64,000 nucleotides of DNA from NCBI GenBank assembly GCA_015058295.1, contig SVCP01000004.1:4040-68039 (forward strand), read 5' to 3'. This document shows positions 10,240-20,134 of this stretch, one piece after another; position 1 is the first letter of the stretch; the number at the start of each line of letters is the position of its first letter. The notes under the pieces are model-generated. The model ran no database searches, was not told where the DNA came from, and saw only the letters and a program-made list of their open reading frames with translations. Origin of the DNA: Anaerofustis stercorihominis. Its GTDB lineage: Bacteria > Bacillota > Clostridia > Eubacteriales > Anaerofustaceae. Position numbers and translations under genes: made by a program.

Positions 10240-10252
10240 TAATTGAATTTAT

Positions 10253-11755
10253 TTAGCGGGCTGAGGGAACATATTCGCCGAGAGTGACTTCAATGCTCAT
10301 ACTTTCTCCGCCTCTTTCGATATACAGCATTATTTTGTCGCCTACACTCTTGCTTCCGACGATATCAACGAACTGAGCGGAATCTTCGATTTCTGTGTCA
10401 TCGAGAGCTACGACATAATCTCCGGGTTTAAGCCCTGCTTTATCAGCTGCGGAATTATCCTGAATTTCGAGGATATAAACGCCGTATTTGTTTACTCTGT
10501 AAGATGCTGCTGTCATGTAATCCTGAATGTCGATAAGTGTAACACCCATGAATGCCCTTCCGGAAACGTATCCGATATCGATAAGCTCTTCAATTACTTC
10601 CTTCGCATCATCAACAGGAATAGCAAATCCGAGCCCTTCAATTCCGCTTCCGCCGGACTTTGCATTGACTATGCCTACGAGTTCGCCCCTGAGGTTGAAA
10701 AGTCCGCCGCCTGAGTTGCCGGGATTTACTGCTGCGTTTGTCTGCAGGAGTGTCATTTTCTGGCTTTCGATTGTGAGCTCCCTCTCAAGAGCACTGATAA
10801 TACCGTCTGTGACAGTTCCGCCGAGTTCCCCGAGAGGATTTCCCACTGCGACAACCCCCTGACCTACTTTAAGGGTACTGCTCGAACCGAATACGGCAGG
10901 GTTGAGGCCTGCTGCTTCAACCTTTACGACAGCAAGGTCGGTTTTTGCATCTGTTCCGATAAGTTTTGCAGTATATTCCGTGCCGTCCACTGTTCTGACA
11001 CGGATTGTGGAAGCTCCGTCGATAACATGGTTGTTTGTTACGATATATCCGTCGTCGGAAATGATGACGCCGCTTCCCGCACCTTCCGTAATGTATTCCT
11101 GAACGAAAAATCCGCTGGACTGAACTACGGTTTCTGTCCTTATCTCAACAACACTGCTCTTTACAAGTTCTGCGGCAGATTCAACGGTGAGAGTCAGTAT
11201 ATCCTTGCCGTTTTCGTCTGTTCTCTGCACTGTCTGATAAAGTACAGTGCCTCCGTTTGCTTTCATGGCTTTCTGCATTCCGTAATATCCGCCGATATAA
11301 GAGCCGATAAGCGATACTATAAGACATACAGCAACGAGAATTATGCCGGAAGAGTTTCTTTGCTTTTTCTCTCTGACTTTCTTCTCCGGCGTTGCAAAAC
11401 GATAGTCATAGCCTTCGGGTTTTGATGATCTGTGTGGTATTGTCTGCACTTTTTCTTCTTCCGGAGATTCATCTGCAGGCATTTTTTCCGCAATTTCCGG
11501 CTGAATTTCTTCCTTCATATTTTCACGGAGTTCTTCGGGCTTTGTCTCTTCGTATTCGCTGAGTTTTTCTGTGAGAATATCCTCCACGGATTTTTCTGCT
11601 GTAACTTTCTCTGCATTATCATCTGTTACAAGTATGAAATCCGGAGAATACGCTTCCGTCGTCTCCGACGTGTCAGTGACAGTCGTTTCATCCGGAGTAT
11701 TGTTTATTTCATCTTCCGGAAAAACATTATCTTTATTTTCAATGTTGTTATTCAT
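10253..11755 (-). CDS. htrA: HtrA/DegP-family serine protease with PDZ domain, TM anchor and a long acidic N-terminal extension
   Basis: TNNHV, D and GNSGGGLFN catalytic-triad context, with a C-terminal PDZ-like segment. Confidence 0.9.
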   Translation of the reverse strand: MNNNIENKDNVFPEDEINNTPDETTVTDTSETTEAYSPDFILVTDDNAEKVTAEKSVEDILTEKLSEYEETKPEELRENMKEEIQPEIAEKMPADESPEEEKVQTIPHRSSKPEGYDYRFATPEKKVREKKQRNSSGIILVAVCLIVSLIGSYIGGYYGMQKAMKANGGTVLYQTVQRTDENGKDILTLTVESAAELVKSSVVEIRTETVVQSSGFFVQEYITEGAGSGVIISDDGYIVTNNHVIDGASTIRVRTVDGTEYTAKLIGTDAKTDLAVVKVEAAGLNPAVFGSSSTLKVGQGVVAVGNPLGELGGTVTDGIISALERELTIESQKMTLLQTNAAVNPGNSGGGLFNLRGELVGIVNAKSGGSGIEGLGFAIPVDDAKEVIEELIDIGYVSGRAFMGVTLIDIQDYMTAASYRVNKYGVYILEIQDNSAADKAGLKPGDYVVALDDTEIEDSAQFVDIVGSKSVGDKIMLYIERGGESMSIEVTLGEYVPSAR

Positions 11756-11886
11756 CTTATTCCTCCTTTATATACTGATTATAATACATATATGTGATGA
11801 ATTTATGAACAAATGATGAGATATTCATTAAAAATTATGCTATACTTTATTATACAGGACTTTTTGTGAAAAAAGAAAGGATTCTT

Positions 11887-12414
11887 ATGAGGTTATTCAT
11901 CGCAATACAAATATCTCCCGAAATGAAAGATGAGCTGTTGTATGTTGAAAATATGATCCGTTCATCAAGCAGAAAATCTTCCGTAACAAACGAAAACAAT
12001 CTCCATCTTACACTGGCATTCATAGGAGAAAGCGACGAAAAAGAAAGAATAATAAATACGCTGTCCCGAATCAAGTTTGCCCCGTTTGAGCTAAAACTTT
12101 CACATCTCGGATCATTTTCTCAAAGAGGAGAAATGCTTATTTACGGAGCTCTTGAAAAAACTCCCGGGCTTATTGATCTGCAGAAGAAGATCACATCTGC
12201 GCTGAAGCAAGAAGGCATATCTTTCGACAATAAAAAATTCCTTCCGCACATAACTCTCGCAAGACGCACTGTCCTGAATGAAGACACCGATCTTTCTGAC
12301 ATAAAGATAATGCCGGTAACATCAAAGGTAACTTCTTTTGAGCTTATGTCATCGGATCTCAGTGGCAGGCGACCTGTTTACACGGTTTTATATTCCAATA
12401 AAGCAAGTATATAA
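11887..12414 (+). CDS. thpR: RNA 2',3'-cyclic phosphodiesterase (2H family)
   Basis: Two HxT motifs (HLTL, HITL). I prefer ATG 11887 (GAAAGGA RBS) over GTG 11866. Confidence 0.8.
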   Translation: MRLFIAIQISPEMKDELLYVENMIRSSSRKSSVTNENNLHLTLAFIGESDEKERIINTLSRIKFAPFELKLSHLGSFSQRGEMLIYGALEKTPGLIDLQKKITSALKQEGISFDNKKFLPHITLARRTVLNEDTDLSDIKIMPVTSKVTSFELMSSDLSGRRPVYTVLYSNKASI

Positions 12415-12464
12415 CACCTGTTGTTGCAGGTGTTTTCTTTTGCAAAAAATATTTTATAAATATA

Positions 12465-12493
12465 TTGACAACTGTATATATACTGTATATACT
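12465..12493 (+). promoter_or_regulatory. sigma-A-type promoter of the GntR/ABC operon
   Basis: TTGACA (12465-12470), 17-nt spacer, TATACT (12488-12493). Confidence 0.6.
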
Positions 12494-12510
12494 GTGCATA
12501 TACAGTATAC
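12471..12510. promoter_or_regulatory. candidate operator overlapping the -10 element
   Basis: Inverted repeat TATACTGT-N6-ACAGTATA (12488-12509), plus a tandem ACTGTATATA(T/C) direct repeat (12471-12492). Confidence 0.5.
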
Positions 12511-12521
12511 GGTGAGAGGCT

Positions 12522-12893
12522 ATGAATATATTCATTGACAACAAGGGAAATTCCCCAATTTACGAACAGATCTATACACAGATCAAAAATCAGATAATAA
12601 GCGGGTCGCTGAAAGAAAATGATGCGCTTCCGTCTATACGCTCCCTGGCTAAAGACCTGCGCATAAGTGTCATAACCACAAAGCGTGCTTATGAGGAGCT
12701 TGAAAGGGAAGGATTTATATATACTCTTCCCGCAAAGGGCTGTTTTGTGGCAGAAAAAAACATTCAGCTTCTCCGTGAAGAGAATCTCCGCAGGATCGAG
12801 GAATATATGCAGGAGATAATAAATCTGAGCGAATTGTGCAGCCTGACAAAAGAGGAAGTTCTTGATATGTGGGAGATCATGTGGGAGGATTAG
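12522..12893 (+). CDS. GntR-family transcriptional regulator (YtrA-like short subfamily)
   Basis: N-terminal winged HTH pattern (PIYEQIY ... LPSIRSLAKDLRISVITTKRAYEELE) with a short C-terminal part. Confidence 0.85.
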   Translation: MNIFIDNKGNSPIYEQIYTQIKNQIISGSLKENDALPSIRSLAKDLRISVITTKRAYEELEREGFIYTLPAKGCFVAEKNIQLLREENLRRIEEYMQEIINLSELCSLTKEEVLDMWEIMWED

Positions 12894-12896
12894 ATT

Positions 12897-13742
12897 ATGG
12901 ATGCTATAAAAATCGAAGGTCTTAACAAGTCATACGGTGACTTTGCTATCAGGAATCTCAATCTTACTCTCCCTTCGGGGACAGTAATGGGGCTTGTAGG
13001 AAAAAACGGTGCAGGAAAAACCACGCTCATAAAGCTGATAATGGATATGATAAAGCGTGACAGTGGAAAAATAACCGTACTCGGAAAAGACAATAAAGAT
13101 AATTTCACTCTTACTAAGGAAGATATCGGAGTTGTTCTCGGTGAAAACGGTCTGCCTCATTGTATGAGTGGAAGAGATATTGACAGAATGATGAAAGATA
13201 TCTATAAAAACTGGAACACGGAGCAGTTTTACGGCTATCTCAAAAGATTTGAAGTGCCTTTTGACAAAGAATATAAGGAACTCTCAAAAGGTATGAGAAT
13301 GAAACTTCACATTGCGGTGGCTCTTTCCCACAAAGCAAGACTTCTTATTCTCGATGAAGCAACAAGCGGACTTGATCCTGTGATAAGAGATGAGATTCTG
13401 GATATATTTGCGGAGTTTACGAGAGACGAAAATAATTCCATTCTTATATCTTCGCATATTGTCAGTGACCTTGAAAAAATATGCGACTATATAGCATTTC
13501 TTCATAACGGACAGCTTCTGCTTTGCGAAGAAAAGGACAGACTCCGTGAAGAACACAGGATTGCGTTTTTCACAAAAGAGCAATACGAGAATATTTCTTC
13601 GGATATTATAATAGGCAAAAAAATAACGACCTACGGAGTGGAAGTGCTTATGCGTAAAGATCATATTCCCGAAGGCGTAAACACCACAAATGTAACAATA
13701 GAGGATTTGTTTATTTTTATGGCAAGGGAGGACAACGCATGA
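12897..13742 (+). CDS. ABC transporter ATP-binding protein
   Basis: Walker A GKNGAGKTT, signature LSKGMRMK, Walker B LLILDE. Confidence 0.9.
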   Translation: MDAIKIEGLNKSYGDFAIRNLNLTLPSGTVMGLVGKNGAGKTTLIKLIMDMIKRDSGKITVLGKDNKDNFTLTKEDIGVVLGENGLPHCMSGRDIDRMMKDIYKNWNTEQFYGYLKRFEVPFDKEYKELSKGMRMKLHIAVALSHKARLLILDEATSGLDPVIRDEILDIFAEFTRDENNSILISSHIVSDLEKICDYIAFLHNGQLLLCEEKDRLREEHRIAFFTKEQYENISSDIIIGKKITTYGVEVLMRKDHIPEGVNTTNVTIEDLFIFMAREDNA

Positions 13743-14359
13743 AAGGGATTTTATATAAAGATTTCTGTATGATTAAGAAATACCTGAAAGTATACCTTTT
13801 TCTGATGCTCACATTCGGAGTATTCGGTATGTTTGGCGGTATAAATTCTTTTTTCACACTTTATCCGACGGTGCTTGCGGGAATATTTCCGTCAACGCTC
13901 ATATCATACGACGAAAGTTTCCGTTTTTTGGAATATGCACAGACCCTTCCCGTAACAAAAAGAAACATTGTGGAAGAAAAATATATTCTTGGGATTATTT
14001 GTATCGGGCTTGCAGGGGTGTTTTCCATAGTGGTAAATACGGTCATTCTCATAAGAATGTCGCAGTTCAGCATAATGACCATAGTGCATATTCTGTGCCT
14101 TCAGTCATTTATTTCTGTATGCGGTTTTTCCCTCACCGCACCGATCATCTTCAGATTTGGTCATGAGCGTGCAAGGCTTGTGCAGATGCTTGTCATAGGG
14201 GGATTTACAGGCCTTGTGATGGGATTTGTGTTCAACAACCCCATTGAGAATCTCTTTGCGGTAGAATATCTTCCGTTTGTGATATTTTTACTGGGTGCAG
14301 TGATTCTGCTCATATCGCTCAGGCTTTCCGTAAGGTTTTATGAAAAGAGAGAACTTTAA
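13739..14359 (+). CDS. ABC-2-type membrane permease component
   Basis: About six hydrophobic segments. 4-nt overlap with the ATPase gene. Confidence 0.65.
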   Translation: MKGILYKDFCMIKKYLKVYLFLMLTFGVFGMFGGINSFFTLYPTVLAGIFPSTLISYDESFRFLEYAQTLPVTKRNIVEEKYILGIICIGLAGVFSIVVNTVILIRMSQFSIMTIVHILCLQSFISVCGFSLTAPIIFRFGHERARLVQMLVIGGFTGLVMGFVFNNPIENLFAVEYLPFVIFLLGAVILLISLRLSVRFYEKREL

Positions 14360-14385
14360 ATCATCGTGTTTTATAGTCTATAAAG

Positions 14386-14420
14386 AAAACCTGCCATACA
14401 TATATGGCAGGTTTTTGTGT
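14386..14420. terminator. bidirectional rho-independent terminator
   Basis: AAACCTGCCATA / TATGGCAGGTTT stem followed by TTTGTG. Lies between convergent genes. Confidence 0.75.
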
Positions 14421-14433
14421 AATAAACAATATC

Positions 14434-15993
14434 TTAATATACGGGATTGTTTTTTTCTCTGTCTGCACTCATAGTATTTTTGTCAAAATGCTGTCCGCGA
14501 ATGAAATCCGGCGCTTTGTTTTCTTCGACCCATTCCGTCAGTGCAGCCATTGCCGTTGCGTTACTCGGACCGCATCCGAATTTTGCATAGCTTGCATGGT
14601 CATCACCGGGGATAACAAACAGTCTTGCGAATTCCATAGTTTTTTCACGTCCGCCGCAGACTTTCATGATCTTTTCATAATAATCTATTGTGCCGTCAAC
14701 ATAGATTGCGCTGTCGTCCACACCATGACACAGAATCAGTTTCCCGCCAAGATCTCTCAGATTACGCATATCAGGATTATCGAGATCCATGCTTGAAAAA
14801 TCACAACAACTCTTTATAAAGAGTTTGTGGAAGCCTTCGGTTGTAAGGGATTCAAACTCCCAGCTATTGTCCATAAGGAGCCAGTCTCTCATATATTCCA
14901 CGGTCAGGCTGAAAGGAACAGCTTTGTAACTTCCGTCTTCCTTCTGCGCTACTGCTGAGTATCCGTTTGCTTCCCATGCGGTTACTCCGGGGCGCATTCC
15001 GTACCAGAGAAATTCTCCTTCGGGAGAACGTGCACCTTCCCATATTTTGTGCATAACCACAGCATCAGTATGAGTGATTTCACCGGCAGGTGTTTCTTTT
15101 CCGATAAGGCTGAAGGCATCGAAATCTATGTAGTCAGTGGTTTCGTAGAATGCATCTTTTCCGCCGGCCTTTTCCCATACGGCTTCCCTGAATGCCTCGA
15201 ATTTGGCCGGATGCATAGCATTGTTGTATTCATTCATTACAACAGCGGGCCACGCCAGCGCAGGAAGCATTTTCTGGTATGTGAGTACAGGACAATCTGC
15301 CCAGTAACCGTCATAATCCTGAGGGTATTTCTGTGCCGAATATGCAACCTGTCTTCCGCCTCCGGAGGCTCCCATTGTGTAGCTGTATTTCGGAGGCTTA
15401 TTGCATATAAATTCCGTTACAGACTTTCCGACTACGGCCATTATATGAGTGCTGTAGTCGATCCAGTTGAAATACATTTCGTAATCGAACTCTTTGTTTT
15501 CGTGGTCAACGCCCCAGCCAAAGAATTGTTCACTGCGGCAGGCTGCATCCGTGCATGCGCATGCATATCCGTTTCGCAGTGCTACAGGCATAGATATCTG
15601 TCTTGATCCTGCACCCAAAAATTCGGGCATCCACATAATGGTGCGGTTTCCGCCTCCGTTGCAGCCGAAAAATCTTTCATTCCATACCAGGGGAATCCAC
15701 AAGATGATATTTTCCGTATGTTTACCGGTGCAATGTTCAATATGTATGTCGCAGAATGCGGGCAGACCGGTATACTCTGTTGCCGGCATCATTCCGGGAG
15801 TTATAACGGGAGATGTGAAATTTCCTTTTGTATTGATTTCTGCCTTGGTTACTCTGAGATCCTTTACCTTTACATTTTCGTCAAGGAATTTCTGAATTTT
15901 TTCGATATTGCAGTTTTCCGAAATGAACTTGTTTTCACTGAACAGACTCATATCGATCCAGTGGTTGAAGTCGGTGATTTTTACTATACTCAT
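14434..15993 (-). CDS. tannase/feruloyl-esterase-family alpha/beta hydrolase (cytoplasmic, no signal peptide seen)
   Basis: GASGGGRQ nucleophile-elbow context, a C-terminal GDDH segment, and a length and Cys pattern matching my recollection of this family. Confidence 0.5.
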   Translation of the reverse strand: MSIVKITDFNHWIDMSLFSENKFISENCNIEKIQKFLDENVKVKDLRVTKAEINTKGNFTSPVITPGMMPATEYTGLPAFCDIHIEHCTGKHTENIILWIPLVWNERFFGCNGGGNRTIMWMPEFLGAGSRQISMPVALRNGYACACTDAACRSEQFFGWGVDHENKEFDYEMYFNWIDYSTHIMAVVGKSVTEFICNKPPKYSYTMGASGGGRQVAYSAQKYPQDYDGYWADCPVLTYQKMLPALAWPAVVMNEYNNAMHPAKFEAFREAVWEKAGGKDAFYETTDYIDFDAFSLIGKETPAGEITHTDAVVMHKIWEGARSPEGEFLWYGMRPGVTAWEANGYSAVAQKEDGSYKAVPFSLTVEYMRDWLLMDNSWEFESLTTEGFHKLFIKSCCDFSSMDLDNPDMRNLRDLGGKLILCHGVDDSAIYVDGTIDYYEKIMKVCGGREKTMEFARLFVIPGDDHASYAKFGCGPSNATAMAALTEWVEENKAPDFIRGQHFDKNTMSADREKNNPVY

Positions 15994-16041
15994 AATGTAA
16001 ACCTCCTCATACTGATTAGAAATTTGTTATATTACATTATA

Positions 16042-16074
16042 TCATAAAACCCATTTCTGACAAGGAAATGGGTT
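16042..16074 (-). terminator. rho-independent terminator after dnaB
   Basis: AACCCATTTC / GAAATGGGTT stem followed on the minus strand by TTTTAT. Confidence 0.7.
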
Positions 16075-16086
16075 CTGATACAGACA

Positions 16087-17439
16087 TTATTCTGATTGAT
16101 TGTCATATGTACCGGAGTAGTCCGAGAAAAGTGTGTATTCCGGACGGAAGTCGAGTTTGATTGTTTTGACTTCACCGTTACGGTTTTTGGTGATGATAAG
16201 TTCCGTTTCCTTTGTGGGATATTCGGGATTGTAGTAGCTTTCTCTGTAAAGCATCATAACGATATCCGCATCCTGCTCGATGGCACCACTTTCACGAAGG
16301 TCACTCATGATCGGTCGCTTGTTTGTTCTGCTTTCGGGACCACGGGAGAGCTGTGAGAGTGTGAGGATCGGGCAGTTCAGTTCTTTAGCAAGACCTTTGA
16401 GTTCTCTTGAAATAAGAGTGATCTCCTGCTGACGGTTTTCCGTCTTCATATTTGTGCTCATAAGCTGCAGATAGTCGATTACAACAAGATCAAGGCCTCT
16501 TCTCGCTTTGAGCTTTCTGAGCTTGGAACGCATTTCCCCGATAGAAATAGCGGAAGTGTCATCTATATAAAGAGGAGTTTCTCTTTCCGTAACCTCCTGA
16601 TTGAGGGAAAGAAGCTTGTTGTATACAGAACTTATCGTTGCAGGGTTGTGCATAAGCTTCGTATCAAACATCTTTTCAGCAGACATGATTCTCGTTGCGA
16701 GCTGTTCCGCACTCATTTCCAGCGAGAATATGGCAACGGTCTTTCCGTGACGGAATGCGGCGTTCTGTGCGATATTCACGCCGAAAGCGGTTTTACCCAT
16801 TGACGGACGGGCCGCAAGAAGAATGAGGTCTCCGGGCTGAAGGCCGTTAGTGAGGGAATCAAGTTCCGTAAATCCTGTGGGCACACCTGTAAATGTCTCG
16901 TTTCTTTCGTAAAGATCGCCAACTTTGTCAACAAGGGGACGGATAATATCTTTTATTATTGTCAGATCATTGTTCGCGGAGTTCAGCGAAAGGTTATACA
17001 CAGTTCTTTCTGCTGCTTCGAGTATGCTTTGTACGTCGTCATCCTGGCTGTAACACTGCGAGATAACATTTCCGAGACCGCTGATGAGCTTGCGGAGAGT
17101 ACTTTTTTCGGTGATTATACGGCAGTACTGTGCTGCGTTTTCCGAATATGATACTGTGTCCATAAGTTCCGCAAGATAAGTAAGACCTACCTTTTCGATG
17201 TTGCCCGAGGAAGTAAGCCTGTCAAGAAGTGATACATAATCCACTGTGTATCCTTCACGGTGAAGTTTGTACATTGCGGAATATATCATCTGATTCTGTG
17301 CGGAGTAAAAATCATCCGCAGTAAGGGAGTCCACTGCTACCAGCACCGCAGATTTGTCCAAAAGCATAAGCCCCAGCAAGCTTTTTTCCGCTTCATCGCT
17401 GTGTGGCGGCAGTTTCGGGGAGGGAGTGCTCACCTTCAT
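16087..17439 (-). CDS. dnaB: replicative DNA helicase (DnaB family)
   Basis: N-terminal PPHSDEAEKSLLG, Walker A ARPSMGKTAF, Walker B VVIDYLQL. Confidence 0.95.
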   Translation of the reverse strand: MKVSTPSPKLPPHSDEAEKSLLGLMLLDKSAVLVAVDSLTADDFYSAQNQMIYSAMYKLHREGYTVDYVSLLDRLTSSGNIEKVGLTYLAELMDTVSYSENAAQYCRIITEKSTLRKLISGLGNVISQCYSQDDDVQSILEAAERTVYNLSLNSANNDLTIIKDIIRPLVDKVGDLYERNETFTGVPTGFTELDSLTNGLQPGDLILLAARPSMGKTAFGVNIAQNAAFRHGKTVAIFSLEMSAEQLATRIMSAEKMFDTKLMHNPATISSVYNKLLSLNQEVTERETPLYIDDTSAISIGEMRSKLRKLKARRGLDLVVIDYLQLMSTNMKTENRQQEITLISRELKGLAKELNCPILTLSQLSRGPESRTNKRPIMSDLRESGAIEQDADIVMMLYRESYYNPEYPTKETELIITKNRNGEVKTIKLDFRPEYTLFSDYSGTYDNQSE

Positions 17440-17442
17440 ATA

Positions 17443-17901
17443 TTACTTTACTGTGACAACAGCATAGAACTCTGTTTCAACGCCTGCGTGAAGCTTGCAT
17501 TTTACAGTATAAGTTCCCGCACTCTTAATGGGGCTTGCAAGAATGATCTTTCTTTTGTCGATATCTTCACCGAACTGATCTTTTATTGATGAAGCGATAT
17601 CTATTGATGTTATTGAACCGTAGAGTTTTCCGTCAGGACCTCCTGAAGCGGTAACTTTTACGCTCTGACCTTTGATGACGTCTCTTACTCTTTCGGCTTC
17701 TGCTTTGATAGCCGCTTCTTCTGCTCTCTTGATAGCGAGCTGTTCGTTGAGCGCTTTCATATTTTCATCATTTGCAACTACCGCAAGACCTTTTTTGAAA
17801 AGGAAATTGTTTGCATAGCCGCTTTTTACATCTATTACCTGCTGCTGTTTTCCAACACCCTGTACATCAGCCAATAAAATTACTTTCATATTGTCCTCCA
17901 A
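17443..17901 (-). CDS. rplI: 50S ribosomal protein L9
   Basis: MKVILL.DV.G.GK N-terminus. Length and the position directly upstream of dnaB also fit. Confidence 0.9.
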   Translation of the reverse strand: MEDNMKVILLADVQGVGKQQQVIDVKSGYANNFLFKKGLAVVANDENMKALNEQLAIKRAEEAAIKAEAERVRDVIKGQSVKVTASGGPDGKLYGSITSIDIASSIKDQFGEDIDKRKIILASPIKSAGTYTVKCKLHAGVETEFYAVVTVK

Positions 17902-17935
17902 AATATTATTTATGAATTACTGATTATTGTATCAT

Positions 17936-17975
17936 AAAAAGGCTTCAAATAACAACTGTGAAGCCTTTATTTTTA
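17936..17975. terminator. rho-independent terminator after azlD
   Basis: GGCTTCA / TGAAGCC stem flanked by an A-run and a T-run. Confidence 0.6.
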
Positions 17976-17984
17976 CAATTTACT

Positions 17985-18317
17985 TTATAATACTGCCTGT
18001 ATAAGCACCATATATACAGCAACTCCTCCGAATATTGATAAAAGTGAATTTCTCTTGTAAAGATGAAGTCCCACAACCACAGCTATAGAAACAAGCTCCG
18101 CAATTCCGTACGGTGCCGTGGTAAAAGAAACATCTTTCAGGCAATAAACCACCAGAAGCCCCATCATTGCAGGCGGAATAAGTTCTTTAAGCTTAGCAAA
18201 TTTTTCCGGCATCTTTCTGTTTCCGGAAAAGAGTATAAACGGCAGGAATCTTGTCACCATTACGCCGAGTGAGACTGCAAGGATAGTTATTATACTTTGT
18301 GTGAATGTCATCTGCAT
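17985..18317 (-). CDS. azlD: branched-chain amino acid exporter small subunit AzlD
   Basis: 110-aa membrane protein overlapping the AzlC gene by 10 nt. Confidence 0.7.
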   Translation of the reverse strand: MQMTFTQSIITILAVSLGVMVTRFLPFILFSGNRKMPEKFAKLKELIPPAMMGLLVVYCLKDVSFTTAPYGIAELVSIAVVVGLHLYKRNSLLSIFGGVAVYMVLIQAVL

Positions 18318-18997
18318 AATCTGTCACCTCCGAAAAGGAATATTACGAGTATTATTATCATTGCCGGAATTATCATTGACGATGAACCGAATACCAGAAG
18401 TGACAGCACACTTGCGCCGAAACCGATAATACCCGGAAGCCGGTTTTCTTTTTTGAGCATCTGCTCAAGGAAAAGAACCACAAAGAGAGCCGTAAGCGCG
18501 AAATCCATACCCATGGAATTGAACTGTATGCTTCCTGCTATTATCCCACCGATGACTGAGCCGAGCACCCAGTAAAAATGGTCAAACAAAGATACATAGA
18601 AAAACATCTTGTTTCTTGTTTTCTTATCCGCTATCTCAAGGCTTGATGTGATGGAGAAAGTTTCATCACACATAGCAAAAATCAGATAGTTTTTATATTT
18701 CCCCGAATCGGAATATTTGTCCATAAGGGATATTCCGTAAAAAAGATGCCTTGCGTTTACCATAAGGCTTACAAGAAATGCGTTTACGGGATTAAATGAG
18801 GAAGTAAGGAGCGATATAGAAAGATACTGTATGCTTCCGGCAAATGCAATGAGAGAGAAAAATCCCGAGTATATCCAGTTATACCCTATAGACTCCATAA
18901 GTATGCCGAAGGCGATTCCCAGTGGCAGAAATCCCGTGGCCACGGGGATAGAAAGCTTAAATGCTTCTTTTATTATTGATCTGTTTTCATTGTTCAT
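18308..18997 (-). CDS. azlC: AzlC-family branched-chain amino acid exporter subunit
   Basis: Multi-TM protein with AzlC-like segments (PLGIAFG ... NARH.FYG), paired with azlD. Confidence 0.75.
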   Translation of the reverse strand: MNNENRSIIKEAFKLSIPVATGFLPLGIAFGILMESIGYNWIYSGFFSLIAFAGSIQYLSISLLTSSFNPVNAFLVSLMVNARHLFYGISLMDKYSDSGKYKNYLIFAMCDETFSITSSLEIADKKTRNKMFFYVSLFDHFYWVLGSVIGGIIAGSIQFNSMGMDFALTALFVVLFLEQMLKKENRLPGIIGFGASVLSLLVFGSSSMIIPAMIIILVIFLFGGDRLCR

Positions 18998-19117
18998 AAA
19001 TATTCACCTGTTGAGTGGTATTTTATCACATTATAATTTTGTTGTAAATGGTCCGGTTGTCCGGATATTTTATAGGGGAAACGTGAATTGCCCAAAATGT
19101 GAATTTATATTTATCTG

Positions 19118-19152
19118 TAAATAATAACAGACTGCGTATGCAGTCTGTTATT
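19118..19152 (-). terminator. terminator after the AIR synthase-related gene
   Basis: AACAGACTGC / GCAGTCTGTT stem with a weak U-run. Confidence 0.55.
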
Positions 19153-19165
19153 ATAGATGTTTTCT

Positions 19166-20134
19166 CTATAATTTATATAACTCATCCGATTCCGGCGGAG
19201 TGAGTTCGTATGTATTGCCGCCTTCCGATATGAGCATACCGGCTTCTGTAAATTCACCGATGATTTCCGCATTTATGCCGTTTCTGAGAAGTTCTTCCTT
19301 CAGCTGTTCTGCGTTGTCTGTAGCGAAGAGCATGACTCCGCTTGAAATAAGCCTGTACGGATCGATGTTAAAAAATCTCGCTGTTTTTACGGAAACATCC
19401 TTTATGGGAATGAGATCTTTATATACAGTAAGGCCTAAAGATGCATTGTCTGCCATTTCCCATGCAGCACCGAGGACACCGCCTTCCGTCGCATCATGCA
19501 TGAGCTTTACGTTCATCTGCGAGCCGATTATGCCTTCCTGCTTTACGGATGTATGATTGAGCATATCCATAGCCTCAAGAAGTTCTTCTTCCGAAAGGAT
19601 TTCTCTGAGTTTATCCGAATGAGCGGATGAAATGATGCCGATGCCTTCAGTTGCGGCGAATTTACTCATTACAAGTTTATCTCCTGCCACAACTTCCCTG
19701 AAAGGCTTTTTAGGCATTTTGCCTATTGCAACAGCGGAAAGAATTATTCTGTTTACAGCGTCTGTAACTTCCGTGTGTCCACCGATAAGGTCAATATTTA
19801 ACTCGTTACATGAAGAGATAGCTTCGTCAATGACTTTTTCCACATTTTCCATACTTTCATGAGGAGGGATAAGCATTGTTATCATTATGGCGACAGACTC
19901 CGCTCCGGATGAGGCAATATCGTTGGTGGAAATATTCACGCAGAGTTTTCCCAGCCCATCTTCGCTTGCTGTTATTGGGTCTGTTGAAAGAACGCAGTAG
20001 TTATCCGCAAGATCAAGGACTGCACAGTCTTTTCCCACACCTGCACCTGTTACTGTTTCTGTTCTGTTTTTTCTGAGCTTTGAAAAAATCATTTCTTCGA
20101 GCTGCCTGTTTGTGAGCTTACCTTCCCTGATCAT
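19166..20134 (-). CDS. AIR synthase-related (PurM/HypE/ThiL superfamily) protein
   Basis: GKL.N..L N-terminus and the DAT.GG / DPI pattern of the PurM-like fold. Start chosen at MIREGKL after GGAGG. Confidence 0.65.
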   Translation of the reverse strand: MIREGKLTNRQLEEMIFSKLRKNRTETVTGAGVGKDCAVLDLADNYCVLSTDPITASEDGLGKLCVNISTNDIASSGAESVAIMITMLIPPHESMENVEKVIDEAISSCNELNIDLIGGHTEVTDAVNRIILSAVAIGKMPKKPFREVVAGDKLVMSKFAATEGIGIISSAHSDKLREILSEEELLEAMDMLNHTSVKQEGIIGSQMNVKLMHDATEGGVLGAAWEMADNASLGLTVYKDLIPIKDVSVKTARFFNIDPYRLISSGVMLFATDNAEQLKEELLRNGINAEIIGEFTEAGMLISEGGNTYELTPPESDELYKL

